Shown here in pieces: positions 31,531-44,666 of a stretch of DNA of 64,000 nt. The notes below the pieces were generated by a model that was not told where the DNA came from, searched no databases, and was given only the letters and a program-made list of their open reading frames with translations. Both the position numbers and the translations under genes were made by a program. Numbering within the stretch: the first letter of the stretch is position 1; each line of letters opens with the position of its first letter. The DNA comes from Eledone cirrhosa. Taxonomy: Eukaryota. The DNA is taken from assembly GCA_964016885.1 (NCBI GenBank), contig OZ024740.1, positions 218,240,001-218,304,000 of the forward strand. The letters run 5' to 3'.

Positions 31531-31563
<33 letters not shown>

Positions 31564-31798
31564 CATATATATATAAATAAATAATCGAGAATCGAAATGT
31601 CAGCCCTCGAAATCACGAAACACAATCTTCGAAATGTGTGGCAGAGGGCTCAATAGTTTGGGTAAACCAGAGCTATATATATATATATATATATATATAA
31701 AGGAACGATCGACTTTCGTCAAATCGGACCGAGGGAACAATGTTTCCGTTGGTCTTTCCAATTGCTAATACTATCTATCGGTCGCAACTCCAGGTAGA

Positions 31799-31841
<43 letters not shown>

Positions 31842-31857
31842 GACATGGATATAATGT

Positions 31858-31907
<50 letters not shown>

Positions 31908-32774
31908 ACATTATATCCATGTCTGTGTATATTTTCATTATTCAAAAATTATTTTTAGGAGAACATGATTTTTCCCGGGTGGTCTAGTATATATATATTC
32001 GAGGAGGAGTTTTCACGCCGTCGCTACTCCGACTTTCCCGTTATTATTCCCTTCATCAAGCCGGGTGATAGAAGAATCTGTATTCAAACGGCATCGGGAC
32101 ACAGTTCATTCACCATTGGTGAGTTAGTATGGTGTAGCAGCTTGATATAAAAATTGCTATTTTTAACTCCTCTTACTGACCGTAGGATTCTAACCTATTG
32201 ACTACTGTGGTGAGTAGTCAGCTATTGTTCCATGAAGCAACTTTACTGCCAAGGTAATGTACACTTAACCAGATATCACTACACGTAAGGTCTTAGTTAT
32301 TCTATATGTAATTAAAAGTTCTTTAGAAGATGCGAAATTTCGTGTCTACATTTCGAGTCTATCTCTTTTGTTCAACATCTCCTAACAGTGCATAGCTTTT
32401 TCATATTCCTCAGTCAGTCAGAGGAAGCATCTCTTTGATCTGATACATTAAGGGACTGTGGTGTCCTCAGTAGACTTGAATGTCGATGTAATTTCTTTTG
32501 TTTCCTCTTCGCCATCTACCTATGATGATGATGTCGACCGACATTCGTCAAATCGGACCGAGGAAACAATGTTTCCGTTGGTCTTTCCAATTGCTAGTAC
32601 TATCTATCGATCGCAACTCCAGGTAGAAGGAGCAACGTGAAATAAAGTGTCTTGCCCAAGGACACAACGCATCACCCGGTTCGGGAATCGAACTCACAAC
32701 CTCACGATTGCGATTCTCTAACCACTCAGCCTTGCGCCTTCATCTACCCATATTATATACTGGCTATTGAGTAG

Positions 32775-33180
32775 AAAGTATATGAGGCTATTCAAAGCAA
32801 CGGTTGAGTCCATTCTACAGATGTGAGTCATGGACACTGACAAAAATACTCACAAAGAGGATTAATGGTACATTCACCTGGATGCTGAGGAAGGTCCAGA
32901 ACATATCCTGGAGAAAATACGTAGCAAAGAAATCACTCTACAGATCACACCTTCAACTTTCTGACATCATATGACATAAGAGGCATAGGCTGTACATTTG
33001 AAACATCACAATGAACCTGCTGGCAGAGTCCTTTTCTGGAAACCTAATGTGTGTAGATGAGTTGGGAGACTAACCACCATGCAGAAGGATGTTCTTGAAG
33101 CAGTGGAAATTCAGACTGTGATGCTAGACAGGGTTAGCTAGAGGACGAACTTCGTCATGGCACCGGTAACAGATGTATAG
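32775..33180 (+). pseudogene. RTE-clade LINE 3' fragment (RT thumb region), degenerate
   Basis: RLFKATVESIL..CESWTLTK...KRING..T.MLR.VQNISW across frames. Confidence 0.65.
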
Positions 33181-33444
33181 CAGAAAAAAAAAAGTTTCAG
33201 TTTTATTTAGGCTGATAGTTTGGTTTATCCTTACATGTGAGGCTGACTCTATCACTTCCAGCTACAATATTGGTGATATTTTGGTGCACTTTTAACTAAC
33301 GTCCATTATGTTTTACTTAAACAACTCGTTTGTGTTATTCTTGTTATTCATAGGGCAACCTTAAATTGATCAACTGTATTCCAAACATGACCATCACGTC
33401 TTTTTTCATGCATATTGTCTCCAAGATGACATTAAGAACGTCGG

Positions 33445-33620
33445 ACAACGTTTTGCGGCATAGAGTTACGTTCTGTGTTCAAATCCCGTCGAGGTTAACT
33501 TTGCCTTTCATCCTTACGGGTTCGATAAAATAAAGTACCAGTCACGCACTGGGGTCGATTTAATCGACTTTCCCCGCCTCCAAAATTGCTGGCCTTGGGC
33601 CTATATAAGAAACCATTATT
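33445..33620 (+). mobile_element. Nin/Deu SINE (further copies at 34305-34515 -, 34700-34877 - and 36418-36510 -)
   Basis: B-box plus core motif. Confidence 0.8.
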
Positions 33621-33902
33621 AATTGTGTTCAAAATTCACACATTTCGGCCTCATTGTGACTATCCAAATAGCTCTCAGAAAGTATCATAAACAATATAGA
33701 ATCGAAATCCTTGGCAGAATTTGGGGTTAGATCGCAAAGATCCAGAAGAAATACCACAAGACCTTTGTTCTCAGTTCTCACCTCTCTACTAGTTCGCCAC
33801 CTGCAATAATTAATACAATGCCAATACAATGTAGCCAACATCGGGTTAATTTCACAGCAAAACTATATACAGATGTAAAAAATGATAATGTAAATGATAA
33901 TT

Positions 33903-33935
<33 letters not shown>

Positions 33936-34095
33936 GCGGCGGCGGTGATGGCGATGATGATGATGATGACGATGGCGATCATGGCGATGATGATGATGAT
34001 AATTATGGTGATGATTATGATGAGGATGATGATGATGATGATGATGATGACGATGATGAGATGATGATGACTATGACGTTGATGATGACGATGAC

Positions 34096-34140
<45 letters not shown>

Positions 34141-34528
34141 CACGCCGTCAATACTAACGTATGAATGCCCAGTTGTACGAACGGCTGACACATTGAATTA
34201 ATATACAAAGTGGGTGGACATTCCACAGACACGTGGATAAAAGAAAGGGGAAAATCGTGGCGAAAACAACATCCGTTGCGCAAAAACATAAAGACATAAA
34301 GCTTTCTGATTTAGGCACAACGTCAACCATTTTGGGGGATGGGGAAGTCGATTAAATCGACCCCAGTGCGTTGCTGGTACTTTATTTTATCCATCCCTTA
34401 AGGATGAAATGGGAAAGCTAAATTCGGCGAGATTTGAACTCGGAACGTAAAGGGCCATAACTATATGTCGCAAGGCATGTTGTCTAACGCTCTAACGACT
34501 TTGCCAATCTACTACCCTTAACATAAAG

Positions 34529-34682
34529 CAGTGGTTCCCCAAGTGGGTTCCACAAAGGAGTGTCAGGGCTTCCATGATAAAAGGTATATTACGACCATAT
34601 GACAGCATTACACTTTGGGGTTCGCCCAAAAGTTTCTGAACCAAAAAGGGTTCCGCATTTGAAAATGTTTTGGGAAACCCTG
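34529..34682. mobile_element. hAT (Charlie-like) MITE, 154 bp
   Basis: TIRs CAGTGGTTCCCCAA / TTGGGAAACCCTG and a perfect 8-bp TSD ACATAAAG at 34521-34528 and 34683-34690. Confidence 0.9.
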
Positions 34683-35492
34683 ACATAAAGGAATGATTGT
34701 TTCTACTTCTGGCACAAGGCCAGCAATTATGCCAGTGCATTATTGGTACTTTATTTAATCGACCCCCGTAAGGCAAAGTTAACCTCGGCGGGATTTGAAC
34801 TCAGACCATAAAGAGGCGCAACTCTATGCTGCAAAGCATGGTGTTCGACCTTTAACCGATACTGCCAATCCACCGCCATAAAGGAATTATAGCCACATAT
34901 TATAGCCACGTACATAAGGCAAAAGGGCAGTAAAACGAAAACAAGGGCAACGGAACAAAAAGCATCCCATCATTCTGGCAGTTCCGCACTGGATAGTAAG
35001 GTATGGTCCCGATGACGTGCAACTGTGTTGAAAACTAATTTCAGAATTCTCAGGAAATAAACAAAACAAGTGAATTACGAGAACAGAATGACAAAAACAT
35101 GTCTGGATGATAAACGAAGTCATCGGAAGGGGCGGAGAAAATACATACAAATGATAAACAGTAAATATATAAATACACAAATAAATTGTATATCTTATAT
35201 CAGCCGGTAGATGGTCACGAAACAAAAAGAAAATAATACAAAAAAAAACCCCAAAATACGAGTATGCAATAATATGACCGAGAGAAAATATAGGATATTG
35301 AGAGGTCTGGCAAGACAGCCAGTTTTATACGTCTGGCCAGTATGTAAGTATGACGGAAGTCACATAGGCTCTGGGGCAAGGGGGAGGAAGGTAAGAAGAG
35401 GTAATTTAAAAAATGAGAGAAATATAAAAAGAACGAAAGAAAGAAAGAAAGAATGAATGAAAGAAAAGAAGGAAGAAAGAAAGGAAGGAAGC

Positions 35493-35572
<80 letters not shown>

Positions 35573-36541
35573 GGGGGGTCGTGGCGAAAACGATAAGCGT
35601 TTAACATAACATGGAGCAGAATGTAGACCAGTAAATAAACATGTTAGGTAAATGGGCAGAACAACAGGAAGAAGAAGAAGAAGAAGAAGAAGAAGAAGAA
35701 GAAGAAGAAGAAGAAGAAGAAGAAGAAGAAGAAGAAGAACCTGAGTGGGGGAAGGTTAGTGAGAGGTGGGAAATGTAGTCAGGCTGACGAGAGAGAGACA
35801 TGTAGGCAGGATGCTGACTTGGCTTCTTAATGTGTCTATATTCAACAGTGAGTAAAGTGCATGAAGTTGATTTGGAGCGGCAGAGAAAGAACGTATGTTA
35901 TATATCCCAATATGTAAAAATAAGTGGATCTCCGTCGGTTTCGACTGTGAGTATCCTAGTAATTCGATCAACTGAACTGCCTCCTTGTTGAATTACCGTG
36001 TTATTCCGGAACCGGAAAACATTTCTGGAAGTAAATTGGATGGGAAATATTTAGATATCTTCCGGTCCAGAGAGAATAAAAAAAATGGAACCATAATTAT
36101 ACAAAGTTATGAAAACAATGTTGTTTTATTGATTACATTAATGTTTTTAGTTATAAGCATTTAATGTAGATTAACATAAATGTTTTCGCCTATGATATAA
36201 AGAATAATCAAAACCGCAAATATTTCTTAATCCCATGCATGCATAGTCTCGTAACATGCGAAGGAGTCGTAGGGGCGCCATATTGACATACGGCGTTTCT
36301 TAGAGCATTTTAAAAACCTGGTGGAGCCCATCTCTTCTCCAGGTCTGAACACAGCAGATCTCTTCCAGAGAAGGATAGAGAGTGAGAGAATGGAAGTGAG
36401 AAAGATATATAGAAGAATAATCGACCCCAGTACTTGACTGGTACACTTTTAAAGACTTCGAATGGATGAAAGGCAAAGTTAACCTCGGCGGTATTTGAAC
36501 TCAGAGAACGGAAAACCGAAATGTATACTGCAAACTAAACA

Positions 36542-37404
36542 TCTATATATATAAAACTGTGGTTGTCTGTCTGTCTATCGATTTTTGGCACACATCTCCT
36601 CTTAGAATCTCTCACGGAATTGCACCGAAATTGCTATACTTGTACATTGAGCCCTAGCGAAGACATCGGAAAAAAAAAAAATTTCAAATTGACCCACCCT
36701 ATGTGACGAAATCGAATATAATGTATCGATTTTTGAGCGTAAGTGATCAGTTATTTCCCTTTGTTCTGTTTACATTGAGCGTCTTACGTAAAAAATTACG
36801 CTGGCTTTAACAGTTGTCGAGCCAGCAAAATATTGACCTGCAAAATTCATCAGTTCGAACACTAAGCTTCCGTTTTGCTTCATTTCCATTTAAAAGCATT
36901 TTAAAACAATATTTTTACTTGAAAACAAGTCTATTTAAAGACTACGTAAAACAAGCAAATATTTCGTCGTTAGGCGTGCAGACAGACAGTCGTGCAGAGA
37001 GGTGATATAGGCGTGCAGACAGACAGTCGTGCAGAGAGGTGATATAGGCGTGCAGACAGACAGTCGTGCAGAGAGGTGATATAGGCGTGCAGACAGACAT
37101 AACTGATAATTTGGTTACGCTAATGTTTTTCTCTGCGTTGCAGTGTTTACATATTCGATCTTTGTTAATAAATAACCAGTGCAGTTTTTATCCCCAGCAT
37201 CCTCTTTTGTTATAACATTCGGGTATTCGTTATGTTTTCTTAACTTCATAAGGCATATTGTTGGTTGAGGGAATATTAATCAAAAACACCACATGCAAGT
37301 CTGCACGGTAGACACTACAGTTTTTAAGCCAAAAAAGAAACTTAACATTGTAACTTTAACACAGCTACTGAGCGACCCCGAGCAACGCCGGGCTTTACTG
37401 CTAG
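36542..37404 (+). mobile_element. Non-autonomous Helitron containing a 37-bp minisatellite (36971-37098)
   Basis: A|TCTATATATATAAAA 5' end; GC-rich CCCG-AGCAACGC-CGGG hairpin followed by CTAG|T at the 3' end. Confidence 0.85.
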
Positions 37405-37970
37405 TCTCATATAAAAAGAAAATTGATTTCGCGAAATACTATATTGGCAAATGACATCATTCTCGGGAAAATCGAAATAGTGTAACAGTAATACTGTTAC
37501 ATATGACATACTAAACGTGGATCCATAAAAAAAAAAATGCTTGAAAAAACTTAGAAAATTCTTAATCAAAATCAAAATTTAATCCCAAAGAGAGGAAATA
37601 GGAACATTATCCACTGAAAGTTCCTTAAACCCTGAAGAAGGGAATTTTAGGTCACGAAATATTGGACAGAAAAATAAACAACAACAAAAAAAACAAAGAT
37701 TACCAGGTAACTTACTTTTCGTTACCTCATCTTACAGTCCATTTTGCATTGTTTAGCCTTCTATCTCTTTCAACGTTATATATATATATATACATTTCAA
37801 GAGTAACCAATCTTAAAGAGAAAGATGGAGATAGGAGAGGAGATAGGAGAGAAGAGATTGGTGAATTAGTTAGAAGCCAAAGCGTAAAGCCATGTGCTCA
37901 ATGTGCAATATGCAGTGGAAAGCAGCTAGGTGGCTGGGTTCATGCAGAAGTTAGGTGCGCAGAGCTGGAA

Positions 37971-38103
37971 ATATTCATTAGTTAAGCAAAACAAGACCAC
38001 AAATTTCACAAGGAAGACATTATTAAAAGATTGTCAACATATTTTAGTTTGATGTAAGGAATGTCTTCCTTGTGAAATTTGTGGTCTTGTTTTGCTTAAC
38101 TAA

Positions 38104-38110
<7 letters not shown>
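37971..38110. repeat. Inverted repeat of about 50 bp next to (TA)n
   Basis: 37971-38021 is the reverse complement of 38060-38110. Confidence 0.85.
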
Positions 38111-38184
<74 letters not shown>

Positions 38185-38290
38185 TGTATATATCATAGAT
38201 TGAGTTAGAAACTCAAACCTAGCTAACTTGGTCATTTGCAGTTGGAACACATGTATACTTGTATCGGTGTTTATCCCTCTCATATATTCA

Positions 38291-38337
<47 letters not shown>

Positions 38338-38774
38338 CGATACATAAAGACTATTCCTGTACTATATCAAGCGTTGAACTAATATATTTGTTCATTATAC
38401 TATGTTGTTTACTTTGTTGTTTCCGTTTAATTTTTCATATGTGTGTGTGCGCGTATGTGCGTGTGTGTGTGTGTGTGTGCGTGTGTGTCTGTGCATGCGT
38501 GAAAACTATATGTTTTCAACTTATTTGAGTTCCAGTATGAAGCGAGGAAGGGTGCGTAAACTTGACAGTGGCCACACAGCCAGAAACAGCGCTGTCGGTT
38601 GCTTCCCCAATTCTTTTACAGAAACAAGAAAGTCAACACCTTTAAAATTCATAGTTAAAGGGTTTTAAATGTTTATTCGTAAACATATCATATATTATCC
38701 GATATGTAAACTTTTCATGTAAACAGTTATGCTGGAGCGAACATCCTTATTCTCTATATATATAAATACATACA

Positions 38775-39345
38775 TGCATGATGGCTGCCCCCTCGTTATC
38801 GAGTATGGCCATTGCACGAGAAAAAAAACATAATAACAATAATAATAACAATAACAACAATAATAATAACGACAACAACAACAATAATAATAATATATAT
38901 ATATATATATACACGCATTTGCACACACATAAACACACCTATACACACCTATACACACACACACAATAGGAATTAACAGCGCTGCGATCGAATGTGGCTT
39001 TTTAGCCCAGCCAATGATCTAAAATGTCTGGCACAGAGTCGGCAACCAAAACAGTCACTGGGAATAGTCGGCTGTGGTTGGAGTTCGTGTACTTTTGCAT
39101 GTCGTTTGAGCCCTCCTGCTGATTTACATTCTTTACCACATGTTTGGCAAGCATGATGAGTAGCATCTCCAACAGCAGCCTGCTAGTCAACCACTGGTCT
39201 TACTTTATGACTGCGAAGATGACTTTCGAGTCCAGCTTTGCTTATGCAGAGTCTCGCACAGACGCTGCATGTCAGCACCATAGCAGGACCCTCGCCGTCT
39301 GGAAGTGCAACAGCAATGCCCCTCCTCACATCCCGCTTTACTTTC
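38775..39345 (-). mobile_element. RTE-like LINE 3' end with three C2H2 zinc fingers; a second partial copy lies at 39447-40350
   Basis: [26 protein letters not shown] and CRLC..GLKSHIRS lie in one frame with one TAG. The tail ATACTCGATAACGAGGGGGCAGCCATCA is RTE-like. Confidence 0.7.
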
Positions 39346-39562
39346 TCATACATACATACAAACATACATACACACATACATACATACATACATACATACA
39401 TACATACATACATACATACATACATACATACATACATACATACATACCTGATGGCTGCCCCCTCGTTATCGAGTATGGCCATTGCACGAGAAAAAAAAAA
39501 AACATATATATATACATATACATTAATAACAATAATAATAATAATAACTACAATAATAATAA

Positions 39563-39742
39563 CTGTTTCAACTTTAGGCACAAGGCCAGCAATAACCCAG
39601 TGCATTACTGGTACTTTATTTTATCGACCCCGTAAGGATCTAAGGCAAAGTCAACCTCGGCGGGATTTGAACTCAGATCGTAAAGGGATGTAACTATGCT
39701 GGAAAGCATGGCGTCCGACCCTCTACCGATACTGCCTATCCA
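39563..39742 (-). mobile_element. Nin/Deu SINE inserted in (TAA)n
   Basis: Full-length match to the other copies. Confidence 0.85.
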
Positions 39743-39780
39743 CAACAATAATAATAACGACAACAACAATAATAATATAC

Positions 39781-40133
<353 letters not shown>

Positions 40134-40555
40134 GCACACACATAAAATATCTATACACACACACACACACACAATAGGAATTAACAGCGCTGCGATCGAA
40201 TGTGGCTTTTTAGCCCAGCCAATGATCTAAAATGTCTTGCACAGACTCGGCAACCAAAACATTCACTGGGAATAGCCGGCTGTGGTTGGAGTTCATGTAC
40301 TTTTGCATGTCGTTTGAGCCCTCCTGCTGATTTACATTTACATTTACACATGTCATTACCCTATCTAGACATACATGCATACATACATACATACATACAG
40401 ACATACATACATACATTTACATATATATACATCTGTTTATCTATCTATGAATCTATCTATCTCTATATGTATATGTGTGTGTACAGAGAACAAAAAACAG
40501 AGAGGCAGTACAAATGATATGGTTTTTTGTTTCACGCTTGAGAGCGGGGGTGGGG

Positions 40556-40592
40556 GACGACGTTTCGGGCATAAGCCCTTCATCAGGAGAAC
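40556..40592 (-). ncRNA. Minimal PLE-type hammerhead core within a PLE 3' remnant (about 40490-41170)
   Basis: CUGAUGA-A-GGGC-UUAU-GCCC-GAAA-CG-UC. Stem I is weak. Confidence 0.7.
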
Positions 40593-41202
40593 AGTGGGTA
40601 GGAAGAGAGTTCCGAGGTTGTGTGGTGGAGTGGTGGAAAGACATTTAAAAAGGGGGAGGGGTTCAAAGAGTAAAGGAAATTTTTTAAAAGTACAAATAAA
40701 AATAAAAATATAAACAAAAATAAACAAGGGGTGAAAGGGTGTGAGGCGTGTAGGCGTGGTGGTGGGTAGGGGGGTCCGAGTGGGGAGGGCTGGAGGTGGT
40801 GTTTGTGTATAGGTGTAGGTGTGCGTGTGTGTGTGTATGTGAATGTGAGAGTTGGGGGAAGAACGAGGTTCCATGTTCAGGTAAAAAGGGAAAGCGGTGT
40901 GTACGTGGGGTAGGGTGTGAGTCGGTGTGTGCGTCCGTGTGGATGGAGAGGGGTGGGGGAGGGGGGTCCGGAGGCTGAGTGTGTGTATGTGGGGATACAC
41001 ACGTGTGTGTTTGTGTTTATATGTGGTGTGGATGTAGGTGGCGTGGTTCGAAAATAATGTAAATGTTTGTTCGTGAGTATGTTCCTAAGATATTTCCATG
41101 GAGTCTGAGACAAGATGTTAGAGATTTCGCGTGTCGTAGAATGGATAGCAGGAACAATGGCCGGTGGTGTTATATATATATATATATAACACACGAGTTA
41201 TG

Positions 41203-41582
41203 ATATATTGGTAAAAGGAAAAGAAAATGCTGACAAATTGTTCCCAGTGAAAAATAGTTTAATTAGGAATAAGTAAAAATTAGTAATAAGTATTGGTTAG
41301 TATTCAGTTTTGGTTTTATGTTTTTACCGGTTGCGCATTTCTAATGCTTTTCAAAAATAATTTTGAGATAGAGCGCCCGTGATGTTTGCTCTAATCAGAT
41401 TAGAGCAAACATCACGGGCGCTCTATCTCAAAATTATTTTTGAAAAGCATTAGAAATGCGCAACCGGTAAAAACATAAAACCAAAACTGAATACTAACCA
41501 ATACTTATTACTAATTTTTACTTATTCCTAATTAAACTATTTTTCACTGGGAACAATTTGTCAGCATTTTCTTTTCCTTTTA

Positions 41583-41590
<8 letters not shown>
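41203..41590. repeat. Perfect palindrome of about 390 bp in (TA)n with a variant hammerhead (41436-41473 +). Family copies at 44880-45005 and 49752-49948
   Basis: Centre CTCTAATCAGATTAGAG at about 41397. Motif UUGAAAA-GCAUU/AAUGC-GCAA-CCGG-UA. Confidence 0.85.
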
Positions 41591-41623
<33 letters not shown>

Positions 41624-41678
41624 GTGAGGTTTTTTTTAGAAAATGAAAAATAACCGAGGTGTCCTACACGAGTGAAAG

Positions 41679-42000
41679 TATAAAGAAAAAGAGATGAAAT
41701 CGAAAATGCAACTGGAGTCTTATTTTTTTTATTTATTTTTTTTTAAATATATATATTTATTTGGTTCCTTTACCGGTTTCGCAGTTCTTCTGCTTTTCAA
41801 AAGGTGAGTTGAGATGGAGGGTCTGTGGTTTTTGTCACATCAGATGTGAGAAAAACCACAGACCCTCCATCTCAACTCACCTTTTGAAAAGCAGAAGAAC
41901 TGCGAAACCGGTAAAGGAACCAAATAAATATATATATTTTTTAAAAAAAATAAATAAAAAAAATAAGACTCCAGTTGCATTTTCGATTTCATCTCTTTTT

Positions 42001-42006
<6 letters not shown>
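41679..42006. repeat. Palindrome of about 325 bp in (TA)n
   Basis: Centre TCACATCAGATGTGA at about 41842. Confidence 0.9.
41880..41917 (+). ncRNA. Type I hammerhead with a U3:A8 core variant (mirror copy at about 41767-41804)
   Basis: CCUU-UUGAAAA-GCAG/CUGC-GAAA-CCGG-UA-AAGG. Confidence 0.75.
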
Positions 42007-42048
<42 letters not shown>

Positions 42049-42153
42049 AAAAGTCAACAGTGACATAAACAGGTACTTAAGTTTCGTTGGATTCTCAACC
42101 CCAACTCATTCAGCCTGTCATAAGAAAAATAAAACATTTTTATTTTACTTATG

Positions 42154-42203
42154 ACAGGCTGAATGAGTTGGAGTCCAGAAGCCAACGAAACTTAAGTACC
42201 TGT
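42154..42203 (+). ncRNA. Type I hammerhead with 8-nt core CUGAAUGA, in fold-back 42056-42217 (mirror copy at about 42070-42119)
   Basis: ACAGG-CUGAAUGA-GUUGG/CCAAC-GAAA-CUUAAG-UA-CCUGU. Confidence 0.75.
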
Positions 42204-42217
42204 TTATGTCACTGTTG

Positions 42218-42294
<77 letters not shown>

Positions 42295-42334
42295 ATGTCT
42301 GTGTGTGTGTGATTGTATATATATATACATATAT

Positions 42335-43200
42335 GTCTTCTTCGCCCACATATTCCTGAGAGGGTCGTGGTGGCTGACTCCTCAAACGCTCCTTCCTATG
42401 AGTCCTGTATGAAGCAACCGTCTCCAACTGATCCACCTGGATCCCCCAGCGGAACCAGCAAGCTCATGAATGTTATCCAACCATCTTCCTCGGGATTTAC
42501 CCCTGGGTCACCTGCCGGTTGGTATTACCCGTAAAATCTGTCTATCGATTATTTCCTGAGACATTCTAACTACATATCCATAGTATCGGAGCTGTGATCT
42601 CTCAATTCCGAGAATAAGCTGACCATCGAGCCTATACTCTTGCAGAACCTTCCACAGCAAGTCCCGAGGAACGCAGTCATATACCTTTTCAAGGTCGACA
42701 AAACAAGAATATGTCTCTTGGCAATACTCGCACTATTTCTCGAAGACCTGCTGTGGTCGACTGTGCTACGTCCGTGACGAAAACCACACTGTTCATCAGC
42801 TAACTTGGACACAAAAATCTCCCTGCATCTCTTTGCTAGACACTTAGCACAGACTTTTCCGGGGTGGCTTAACAAGAAGGTCCCCCTGTAATTGGAACAA
42901 TCTCCCTTGTCCCCCTTTTTGAAGATTGAGATTATCACTCCCGGTTGCCTTGCTTGGGTGCCTTTTCAGAGATGAAGGCCACCCGATACGCGCTAGTCAG
43001 CCAGAAAATATATTCTCTATTTAAGGCTTTTAACATCTAGGGCCGGATTTCATCTTCCCAAGCGACCTTGCCACATTTGAGCTCTTTAATTACTCTTGTG
43101 ACCCCAGACTTTGAGAGATTAGTCACCGCTCCCAGATGCACCTCGTGTACATCAGAAGATGCTGTAGTGATCGGGTTTAAGAGATCAACAAAGAATTCTC
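42335..43200 (-). pseudogene. Internally deleted RTE-clade LINE
   Basis: IFKKGDKGDCSNYRG..LLSHPGKV..EQCGFR.GRSTVD, joined to an RTE-like 3' end. Confidence 0.8.
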
Positions 43201-43323
43201 TCCTGTTGGTCCGGGGCTGCTTATTCGTCCAGCAGTTGCTCGCTTATATCGTAGCTAAACATTATATAAGGTGGCCGTATAGCTATCCGCCATCTTCGAG
43301 TCCCCCCCTCCCCTACACACACC

Positions 43324-43380
<57 letters not shown>

Positions 43381-43487
43381 ACACACACATATATATATAT
43401 ATATAGTGTGTGCAAGTGCTATAAATTAATGTTTTGTCTCTCGTCTCTTACTCCAATGTACCGCGTTTGGCTTGTATCAGACGGTGT

Positions 43488-43557
43488 GACCCCGGGTGGA
43501 TCAGCAGTACCATTGGTAGGGGTCGAAACAGTTAACGTCCATCTCAACAGCCGATGA
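43488..43557 (+). ncRNA. Candidate scrambled-order hammerhead-like motif, family 2 (degenerate)
   Basis: GACCCC-GGGUGGA-UC-AGCAGU-A-CCAUUG-GUA-GGGGUC-GAA-ACAGUU-AACG-UCCAUCU-CAACAG-CCGAUGA. Confidence 0.5.
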
Positions 43558-43702
43558 ACCTGGAGTTCTGTGTCCTTATTTGTATTTTTATTAGAAAAAA
43601 AAACGTTTAAGGTTTCCCCTTAAACAATTGTTTTTCGTTTTGCCTTGTTTCCGTTCGCTGTCTTGTCCTCTGTAAATTTTCTTAAGTTTATATATATATA
43701 TA

Positions 43703-43773
<71 letters not shown>

Positions 43774-43833
43774 AGCTAGATATCCTTCTTTATTTGGATG
43801 GATAAACAGACAAGCAGACATATATATATATAC

Positions 43834-43925
<92 letters not shown>

Positions 43926-43928
43926 GTA

Positions 43929-44024
<96 letters not shown>

Positions 44025-44110
44025 TGTATATATATATATATATATACTGTATATATATATATATACTGTATATATATATATATATATACTGTATATATAT
44101 ATATATGCTG

Positions 44111-44141
<31 letters not shown>

Positions 44142-44629
44142 GTGCGTGTATATATGCACACACAATGATAAATAGATAGATGTCAGAGAAATAGATTGTC
44201 AGAGAGATAGGCATATAATGCATTTTATAAGTATTTAATGACTTACGTATGATTTATTAACAAACATAAAATACTTTTATATGAGATTTATTTCATTAAG
44301 TAGTTACACTATACGATTCAATCTTCTAGAACCGTCTAAATCGAAGGGAAACTAACAACAACAAAAAACGTATGAAAATCCAAATTAAGAGGCCAGAGTC
44401 GGTGAAAAAAATTATAAATAAATAGTACGGAAGATAGGGATAAGAAAAAGGGGAGAGAAGCGAAGAAAAGGGTGGCCGTCAAAAAAGGGGTTAACAAGTA
44501 CTCTGTGATATTTTACGCTATTTATTACAACATGCACTAAGTCGCCAAGCGTACTAGGAATTTGATCTGCGTAGCAACCAGGCCACACTCTTCTAAAATG
44601 GCTACAAGCTTTTTGGGTTTCTGCTGATA

Positions 44630-44666
<37 letters not shown>

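Noticed and set aside
36845-36890. GAAA..CUGAUGA on the minus strand inside the Helitron
   Set aside because: No stem I or II pairing in register; likely chance.
37595-37665. Another hammerhead-like motif (GAAAGUUCC..CUGAAGA AGGG)
   Set aside because: Spacing is too short for the scrambled layout, and stems are missing for type I.
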